Shown in pieces: positions 54,668-64,000 of a stretch of DNA of 64,000 bases. Source of the stretch: Eledone cirrhosa (Eukaryota); NCBI GenBank assembly GCA_964016885.1, contig CAXHJY010001490.1, positions 1-64,000 of the forward strand, given 5' to 3'. The position numbers and the translations under genes are program-made. Position 1 is the first letter of the stretch. Each line of letters opens with the position of its first letter. The notes beneath the pieces are model-generated. The model saw nothing but the letters and a program-made list of their open reading frames with translations, was not told where the DNA came from and searched no databases.

Positions 54668-55277
54668 ATGGTGGCTGCCAACTCGTTTTCGAGTACGGCC
54701 ACTACTTTATATCCATGTAGGAGAACCCCTACCAATGTGCTGAACGAGTGTGACTTTTTAGTCCAGCCAGCGACTTGAAAACTCTGGTACAAACACTACA
54801 CTTGTGACAATTATTGACACATAGTGCTGGGCCCATGGTACCATGTGACGACAAGTGCAGAGAGATCTCCAGATATAAAGCAATGCCTGTGCCGTGAAGC
54901 TTTTATAGTGAGCAAAGGCACTGCACAAAGCCAGTCCCACTCTCTTAACCAAGATGATATTTACCAAAAAGAAGAACAAGTCAACATCATTGGATACCAT
55001 CAGGGTTGCAGGTGTTATATCAGAGTTTTCCTTCTCTTAGAATTCTGCCTTGACAAAGGCTAAGGGGTCATCTCTCCCAGTGATTTTGGATGGCCATTGA
55101 CTCTTAAGAGCTCCTTTGCCCTTCGACAGGTTTTGTTTTTAGTCCTGCAGGATGTCCAAAGTCACCCTCCTCACCAAGAAACCTTGGTGGGGTTGCCAGT
55201 TTAGTCGCCAACGACCCGACCATGAGACAGGTTGTACTGGGATACATGTTACCAGTAGCACCAAGTGGTGACCTGAC
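54668..55277 (-). mobile_element. Non-autonomous, probably RTE-derived element; inverted copy at 46182-46650, partial copy at ~9520-9690
   Basis: Near-identical copies in the window; contains gagaaggaaaactctga resembling RTE 5'UTR motifs; flanked by (CA/TA)n. Confidence 0.6.
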
Positions 55278-56455
55278 ATACATATACATATATATATACA
55301 TACATATACATATATACATACATACATATACATATATATATATACATACATATACATATATATATACATACATATACATATATATATACATACATATACA
55401 TATATATATACATACATATACATATATATATACATACATATACATATATATATACATACATATACATATATATATATACATACATATACATATATATATA
55501 TACATACATATATACATATACATACATATATACATACATATATACATATACATATATATATATACATACATATATACATATGTATACATATATATACATA
55601 TGTATACATATATATATACATATGTATACATATATATACATATACATACATATATATATACATATACATACATACATATACATACATATACATATGTACA
55701 TATATATACATATATATACATATGTACATATATATATACATATATATACATATACATATATATACATATGTACATATATATACATATATATACATATGTA
55801 CATATATATACATGTATATACATATGTACATATATATACATATATATACATATATATACATATATATATACACATATATACATATATACACATATATATA
55901 TACACATATATACATATATACACATATATATATATACACATATATATATATACACATATATATATATACACATATATATATATACACATATATATATATA
56001 CACATATATATATATACACATATATATATATACACACATATATATATACACACATATATATATATACACATATATATATATACACATATATATATACACA
56101 TATATATATACACATATATATATATACACATATATATATATACACATATATATATACACATATATATATACACATATATATACACATATATATATACACA
56201 TATATATATACACATATATATATACACATATATATACACATATATATATACACATATATATATACACATATATATATACACATATATATATATACACATA
56301 TATATATATATATACACATATATACACATATATACACATATATACATACATACATATATATACACATATATACATATATATACATATATATACACATATA
56401 TACATATATATACACATATATACATACATATATATACACATATATACATATATAC

Positions 56456-56493
<38 letters not shown>

Positions 56494-56518
56494 ATATATA
56501 TATATACATATATATATA
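55278..56518. repeat. Long compound (TA/CA) microsatellite; similar tracts at 35240-35935, 45785-46180, 54440-54667, 21060-21460 and 30680-31080
   Basis: Direct inspection. Confidence 0.95.
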
Positions 56519-56838
56519 TTTCACATTGCTCCAGTTTACTCAGCTGTAGAAATGAGATGATAGGGACTGAGGTCCCTATCATTCCACTGCAAAGTGGTCG
56601 TGGAGGTGCCACGGCAAAAAAGCACCCAGCACTCACTGTAAATGAGGTTGGTGTTAGGAAGGGCATCCAGCTGTAGAAATCAAGCCAGAATCAGTTCCCG
56701 TCCCACCCTTGCAAGCAGGGAAAAAGCGGACGTAAAATGAAATGATGATATACACATATATACATATATATATATACACATATATACATATATATATATA
56801 TACATATATATATACCAATATATATACCAATATATATA

Positions 56839-56872
<34 letters not shown>

Positions 56873-57233
56873 AATATATATACCAATATATATACCAATA
56901 TATGTATATATACATATATATGTGTGTGCAAATAAAAAATAAAAGGTTTCTAAGAATTTCAGTAGAACTTCAAGAGTTGTATTGAGTAGGAGAAGGGGGA
57001 GGAGGTATTTTGACGTAATATGTTGTTGGAAGAAGAGGGGGATGGTGAGGAATTCTACTTGCTTTTTCTCTTTATTTTTTAACAGACATCAAATCCTGAT
57101 TCTTCAGCTCAACAGATAATGTTTAGTGAAATTGGTATTATATTATCAAATAAACCTTTGTTCTCTCTCACTATATATATACCCATACAAGTGTGGAAGA
57201 GCAGACATAAAAATGATGATGATGATGATATAC

Positions 57234-57274
<41 letters not shown>

Positions 57275-57585
57275 AGCATTGGCCTTGCAATCGAAAGGTT
57301 GTCAGTTCAATTCTCAGACCGGGTGGTGTGTTGTTTCTTTGAGCAAGACACTTTATTTCACATTGCTCCAGTTTACTCAGCTGTAGAAATGAGATGATAG
57401 GACTGGGGTCCCTATCATTCCACTGCAAAGTGGTCGTGGAGGTGCCACGGCAAAAAAGCACCCAGCACTCACTGTAAATGAGGTTGGTGTTAGGAAGGGC
57501 ATCCAGCTGTAGAAATCAAGCCAGAATCAGTTCCCGTCCCACCCTTGCAAGCAGGGAAAAGCGGATGTAATGATGAATGATGATG
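57275..57585 (+). mobile_element. SINE family B with RTE-type body and (TGA)n tail; related copies at 56518-56748 and 31800-32040
   Basis: CORE-like segment followed by aaagcacccagcactcactgtaaatgaggttggtgttaggaagggcatccagc and ccacccttgcaagcagggaaaagcggatgtaa(tga)n, the same tail as the LINE ending near 61806. Confidence 0.75.
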
Positions 57586-58029
57586 ATATATATATAAAAT
57601 CAGAATTTTATTTCTCGCTCTAGCACAGATGATACTTAAAAGTAAGTATGCATATATACACACACAAATATACATACATATCTGTATATATACATACAGA
57701 TATATATTTTTGTTTTGGGCCGTTTAAAAACATGGCCTGGTTTTATCATAGTTGCATTCTACTATCCCAGGTATTGAGTACTCTGTTGAATAACGGTCTT
57801 ACTAGTTTAATCCTTGACGGTCCAGGTTAGTCAAATTTTTCCAGAGTTCAGTCTTTTTCGTGGCTATGGTCACTGTGGCCCTTCTATCAGTCGCTGTATT
57901 TTGCAAAGCTGTCTAAATGTAATGTTATAACTCTAGGGTTATATACCCTATTGAGTGCTTAGCTGCACACCGAAACTGCATTCGTTAGCTTGGCTGCAAC
58001 CTTGGCTTTGTTGATGCTGTACTAAATTT

Positions 58030-58064
<35 letters not shown>

Positions 58065-58129
58065 CATTATAAAGAAAGAAGAAACATTAGATATAAATAA
58101 AAAGATATAATATACCTAAATTCCTTCAT

Positions 58130-58226
58130 TATCCTCGACTACGTAGTTTCGTGGCATATTATGCAAAAATATTACATCATAGAGATGCAGTATTTTTGTG
58201 AGGTTTGCCGACTTATCAAGAGGATA
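58130..58226 (-). ncRNA. Type I hammerhead ribozyme (U3-A8 core variant), likely from a Penelope-like element terminal repeat
   Basis: Minus strand: UAUCCUC-UUGAUAA-[GUcGGCA...CAAAAAUA..UGCAUC/GAUGUA..UAUUUUUG...UGCCAC]-GAA-ACUACGUAGU-C^GAGGAUA. 7-bp stem I, long stem II, palindromic stem III, GUC cleavage triplet. Confidence 0.8.
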
Positions 58227-59819
58227 CCTCATTTAGAGTTTCAATATATATATATGAACAGGCCTCAATGTGCATGCTTGACCGGCTAGACATGACAGCT
58301 AAATTCAGCTCAACAGATAGTGATAAGTGAAATTGTTATAACATAAACCTTTGCTCTCTCTCTCTCTCTTTGCCTTTGAGACTATGCTTGATTTGCTGAA
58401 CATAGTAGCTAAATCAACTTTAAATTACACCATGCAGTCATCAGAATGGAAGGTCATATTGGATAATACTGATCTAAATATGCAACACTGTTGCCAGAGG
58501 TATGACAGGATAGTCATGCCTGGAATGTCTTTATAGGTTAGCTCAGTGAAGACTAACCTGGGATTAAACAACAACAACAATCCTGGCTTTCACAAGCCAA
58601 TGAAAGAGATTCTATACGGTCACTTCACATGCTAGAAATAGCAGCCAAATTTCCCACAAATCACACAATTCAATTTTTTTTAAATGAAAACCTAACGCGT
58701 TAGTATTTTGATGGATGAATAGATTATGGCATTAAGGGATCAACAGATCAATGGATCAAAGGGTTAGTAGATCAATGCTGGAGTAGACACGACATGACTG
58801 CAAAGTAGTAGTACTGTTGCACAATGAAATGCACCCAGTACACTCTGTAAAGTGGTTAGTGTTAGGAAGGGCCTCCAACCATAGAAACTATACCAAAATA
58901 TGAAATGTATGAGCAAAGTATGGTTAACAAAGAGTTTAGAGGATCTCTTTAAAGAAGCTGTCTTAATTATCAAAGGTAAATAATCAACCCTTTTACCATA
59001 AATTACTTTTTTGTTGTTTTAACAAATAGTGAAAAATGCTATTGTGTGTTTGTGAAGACCAATCTGATTTACTTAAATAACTGAAACTTTTATAAAACTT
59101 GGAAATGAAGTAGCAGATTGCAACTAACAGAACCAATGAAATTTAACTATTTAAGCTAATTAGTTCATTTGCGTACTAATGAACATTTGATTCTCACTTC
59201 TTGCTAGGGGTTATTATTCACCAAAATCAGTTAAACCATCAAAGCTGTCTCAATTTCTGGCAGATAATTATACACCCAAAATAACTACTCATGGTTGTCA
59301 ATATTATCATCCTTTATTACTGTTATTGTGAGAGTGTTTGGCCTATTGGTTAGGCTGTTGATTTGACCATCATAATGTAATGGCTTCAATTCCTGGACCA
59401 GCTGGTGTTTTGTGTTCTTGAGCAAAACACTTCATTTCATGATGATCCAGTACATCCAGCTGTAAATGAACACCAGCATTAGCTGCGACGATTAACCTTG
59501 TGATGCGTTAGTATCCTGTCCAGGATATCGCTTAATACCAAGTGTGGCTTAATACCAATGAAACTGGGACAAGTACCAGCCTGGTGAGCCTTTAGGCTTG
59601 GGACAGACTTTACTGGTATCATATGTACCAATTTCCATCTCGCTTATAAATCACTAAAAATCAAAACAAAATCTACTAACCCTAACCCAGGCAGTAAACC
59701 TTTATAAATACAGTTTACTGTAAGATGTAATCCTCTACATTATTGGTTCATTTTAAAATCACTAGTCAATCAACAAGTGTGTTATATTTTTAGGCTGCAT
59801 TATAAAGGCCAGTACACCA

Positions 59820-60180
59820 GTCTGACACTGCTAGACTAAGAGTGTTAGACTGACAGTGTTTGACTGTGTTAGACTGACAATGTTAGACCGATAGTGTTAG
59901 ACTGACTGTGTTAGACTGACTGTGTTAGACTGACAGTGTTAGACCGACAGTGTTAGACTGACAGTGTTAGACTGACAGTGTTTGACTGTGTTAGACTGAC
60001 TGTGTTAGACTGACTGTGTTAGACCGACAGTGTTAGACTGACAGTGTTAGACTGACAGTGTTTGACTGTGTTAGACTGACTGTTAGACTGACAGTGTTAG
60101 ACCGACAGTGTTAGACTGACTGTGTTAGACTGACTGTGTTAGACTGACTGTTAGACTGACTGTTAGACTGACAGTGTTAG
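59820..60180. repeat. 14-bp minisatellite
   Basis: Unit gttagactgac(a/t)gt. Confidence 0.95.
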
Positions 60181-60961
60181 TCTATCGAGTAAAACTCTAC
60201 AATTGTTAGCTGGTATATCAACTGTGTAATGTTTTTTGGCTACATTATCAAGGCTCATACTCAGAGGGTGCTCACCATCATCACCATCATCACCATCTTC
60301 ATCACCAATATCATCACCATCATCACTATCATGACCATCACCATAAACATCATCACCATCATCATAAACATCACCATTATCATCAACCCCATCATCATCA
60401 TCACCACCAACCCAATCATCATCATCATCAGCACCACCATCACCACCACCATCACCACCACCATCAGCATCAGCATCACCACCATCATCATCATCAGCCT
60501 CATCATCACCACCCTCATCATTATCACTGCCGCCATCACCATCATCACCACCACCACCAGTTTCACCTGTGTTTTTCAGTGTTGGCATGGATGCTATGAG
60601 ATATTCTGAGGCCAATACTACAACCAGATCCCATTACACACCCACACATGTTTGTTCTAATTTGAAGTTAGGCACCTTATCTATTAGGCTCCTTATAATA
60701 TATGTATGGCAGGCTTCCTCGAAGATTCTGTCTACCAAATTTCACTGACCAGGCATTGGTTAGCATGAAACTAAAGTCAGACAGTGGGATAGATTGTAAA
60801 GCCATCTCCTGGCACCGTTGACTATACAGAAAATATGTATTGATCACTACTTATTGACAGATCATAGACCAAACATTTACAATTTTATGACGAGAAGAAA
60901 CAAAAAATATTAATTGAATTTAGTTAGACAAATATTGTGATGTGGCATTTTATAATTTATA

Positions 60962-61806
60962 ATTCCGTCAGGTAAATGGCCATGTTCGATATGCAGAAAA
61001 GGAACTGGCATAAATTCTATAAAATGCACACAATGCAGATCTTGGGTACACAAGAGATGTAGTGAGATAGCAAGCAAGCTAACAGGTAGGGAAAACTACG
61101 TATGCAGTAGATGCACAGGGAAATTAGACAGTAGAAGTCGCATTGATAGACACATTTTTCAAATGCAGGTGAGTTCTATAGAAGTGGTTGATAGCTTCCG
61201 GTACCTAGGGGATCAGATTAGCAAGGGAGAGGGGTGCTCCAAGGCCATAGTATCAAGAGTAAGGACGGATTGGAAGAAATTTAGGGAGTTGTTTCCTCTG
61301 TTGACAAAGAAGGGTTTCTCCCTGCATACGAAAGGCCAGTTATATGATGCCTGTGTGAGATGCACGATGCTGCATGGTAGTGAGACATGGGCAGCAATTG
61401 CAGAGGATATGTGATGGCTGGAGAGAAATGAAGCAAGCATGCTCTGTTGGGTGTGCAATGTCAATGTGCGTTAACAACCAAGCATAGATGAGTTGAGAGA
61501 GAAACTGTCTATAAGAGGGATAAGTTGTAGTGAAGACTGCATTGGTATGGACATGTGATGTGCATGGAGGATGACCTCTGGGTAAAGAAATGCCAAGAAA
61601 TCGCAGTAGAAGGAAGACGCAGTAGAGGAAGACCACAAAAAACATGGGCAGAAGTGGTGAGAGCAGACCTCAGACCACTGAAACTCACCAAGGAGATGAC
61701 GAAGGACAGTGACAAGTGGAGAGATGCTGTGTTGAATAGGACCCGTCCCACCCTTGCAAGCAGGGAAAAGCGGATGTAAAATGATTATGATGATGATGAT
61801 GATGAT
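60962..61806 (+). mobile_element. 5'-truncated RTE LINE subfamily B (3' end with (TGA)n tail)
   Basis: Overlaps 54319-54440 in sequence with several substitutions; FRYLGDQI...MLHGSETW...RGRPQKTW. Confidence 0.88.
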
Positions 61807-62429
61807 GAGGTGGCATTATAGCTGCTTAGCAACAACCCCTATAATACATATTACAGGACAACAAACACGCACAACTCTATTTAGGTAGAAAAATACCCAC
61901 TCCTGAATCATCTATTAACACCTCAATTGGTTGGGGGGGGGGGGGGTACTGTTTAGACAGGGTGAGAAGGGCAATGCTGAACACAGACCTTTTTTATTAC
62001 CACTGACACAGCTGGGAAGGTAGGTGTCCTCAAACTAAATATGTAGCCTAAATACTGGAGGATTCTGCTAAAGGTATCCACGTGCAGTTCAGATTGTGGT
62101 GGTGGTAGGGGGCTAAAGTGGGGGTAGAGTGGTGGTGGTGAAGGCGGGGGTGGAGTTGTGGTGGTGGGGGTGGTGGAGTAGGGTGGTAGGGAGCTAAGGT
62201 AGGGGTGGAGTGAGGGTGGTGCGGAGCTATGGTGGGGGAGTGGTGGTGATGGTGGGGGTGGTGACAATGATGATCTGACTCTCTTCCTCTACAATATGTA
62301 ATATACTTCCAAAATGTTACATCACCAACAATACTGACACCATTGGTCACTCTCTCTATATTGTCTGGTCACTGTGTGGTTATAGTTTGGTCACAGGTAG
62401 AGGACACAATATTGGTGAATTAGGGAAAC

Positions 62430-64000
62430 ATGTCATTAACCCTTTCCTTACCATATTTCTAATGAAAGACACTGTCTATGTCATTAACCCTTTCATTACC
62501 ATATTTCTAATGAAAGACACTGTCTATGTCATTAACCCTTTCATTACCATATTTCTAATGTAAGACACTGTCTATGTCATTAACCCTTTCATTACCATAT
62601 ATCTAATGAAAGACACTGTCTATGTCATTAACCATTTCATTACCATATTTCTAATGACAGACACTGTCTATGTCATTAACCCTTTCATTACCATATTTCT
62701 AATGAAAGACACTGTCTATGTCATTAACCCTTTCATTGCTATATTTCTAATGAAAGACACTGTCTATGTCATTAAACCTTTCATTACCATATTTCTAATG
62801 AAAGATACTGTCTATGTCATTAAACCTTTCATTGCTATATTTCTAATGAAAGACACTGTCTATGTCATTAAACCTTTCATTACCATATTTCTAATGAAAG
62901 TCACTGTCTATGTCATTAACCCTTTCATTACCATATTCCTAATAAAAGGCACTGCCTATGTCATTAACCCTTTTGTTATATATCCAGTTGCTAAACTCCG
63001 CCAGTTCCAGACTGCACATCAACATGAAATATTTTTCACCACAAAGTTTGATCACCAACAGCAGAGTTTAAAGCGCAAAGGTCAAGTCCAGCCCATAAGT
63101 TGACATTATCAAGCCATTGTTTTAGCTGCTGACCTCAGCTTCTCTTAACAACCAACTTTCCTTCTAGCCATAACTTACTCACACCACGAGTTGATCTTTT
63201 GATATGGCCATACAGTTTAAGCACTCTTGACCTGACAACTGATGTGATTGGTCTAAGTTTGGTGATGTTGAGCAGCTGAGATACAGATATGGTCACTAAG
63301 CTAAAGAGAGACACTGTCTATGTCATTAACCCTTTCATTACCATATTTCTAATGAAAGACACTGTCTATGTCATTAACCCTTTCATCACCATATTTCTAG
63401 TGAAAAACACTGTCTATGTCATTAACCTTTTCATTACCATATTTCTAATGAAAGACACTGTCTATGTCTTTAATCCTTTTACTACCATATTTCTAATGAA
63501 AGACACTGTCTATGGCATTAACCCTTTCACTACCATATTTCTAGTGAAAAACACTGTCTATGTCATTAACTCTTTCATTACCATATTTCTAATGAAAGAC
63601 ACTGTCTATGTCATTAACCCTTTCATTACCATATTTCTAATGAAAGACACTGTCTATGTCATTAACCCTTTCATTACCATATTTCTAATGAAAGTCACTG
63701 TCTATGTCATTAAGCCTTTCATTACCATATTCCTAATAAAAAACACTGTCTATGTCATTAAACCTTTCATTGCCATATTTCTAATGAAAGACACTGTCTA
63801 TGTCATTAAACCTTTCATTACCATATTTATAATGAAAGACACTGTCTATGTCATTAAATCTTTCATTACCATATTCCTAATAAAAAACACTGTCTATGTC
63901 ATTAACCTTTTCATTACCATATTTCTAATGAAAGACACTGTCTATGTCATTAAACCTTTCATTACCATATTTCTAATGAAAGACACTGTCTATGTCATTA
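62430..64000. repeat. 48-bp satellite in two blocks (62430-62975 and 63310 to window end)
   Basis: Unit ttaaccctttcattaccatatttctaatgaaagacactgtctatgtca, interrupted by ~330 bp of unrelated sequence. Confidence 0.95.

Noticed and set aside
55180-55277. HDV-like or twister ribozyme at the 5' end of the RTE-derived element
   Set aside because: Some pairing (ccagt/actgg) exists, but I could not assemble the required pseudoknot topology by eye.
55104-56676. Long ORFs (up to 520 aa) of Y/I/C/V/H/T repeats, and similar ORFs at 21168, 28880, 35082, 45751 and 46573
   Set aside because: Stop-free translations of di- and trinucleotide microsatellites, open on both strands, with no domain content.
57940-57995. 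Additional hammerhead-like motif (ccctattgag...cgaaac)
   Set aside because: The core and stems I and III do not fit.
54319-61085. Single LINE split by a 6.5-kb insertion
   Set aside because: The two parts overlap by ~120 bp with several substitutions, which fits two independent truncated copies better.

Overview
Repeat-dominated eukaryotic DNA. The density of (TA)n/(CA)n/(GAT)n/(CAC)n microsatellites and the SINE/RTE-LINE families suggest an octopus/cephalopod genome; this is an inference, not verified. Nearly all ORF-track entries are microsatellite artefacts or decayed transposon fragments. One host gene can be reconstructed on the minus strand: the 5' part of an ARHGAP6-like RhoGAP with six coding exons (14145-14238, 9945-10104, 8749-8829, 7843-7966, 3107-3200, 1909-2113) and a probable 5'UTR exon (17375-17431). 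All junctions are GT-AG and phase-compatible, but the first coding exon is one base short (TGA where TGG would restore the frame). The remainder is a TE graveyard: two RTE-type LINE subfamilies carrying a PHD-like finger after the RT core, Dong/R4-like and CRE-like restriction-endonuclease LINE fragments, a CR1-like RT, two Helitron remnants, a mariner remnant, two tRNA-derived SINE families, many minisatellites and several long inverted repeats. The most notable unannotated signal is a set of hammerhead-ribozyme motifs of likely Penelope-like origin. The best (58130-58226, minus) appears structurally complete, with a compensatory U3-A8 core, a long stem II and a palindromic stem III.
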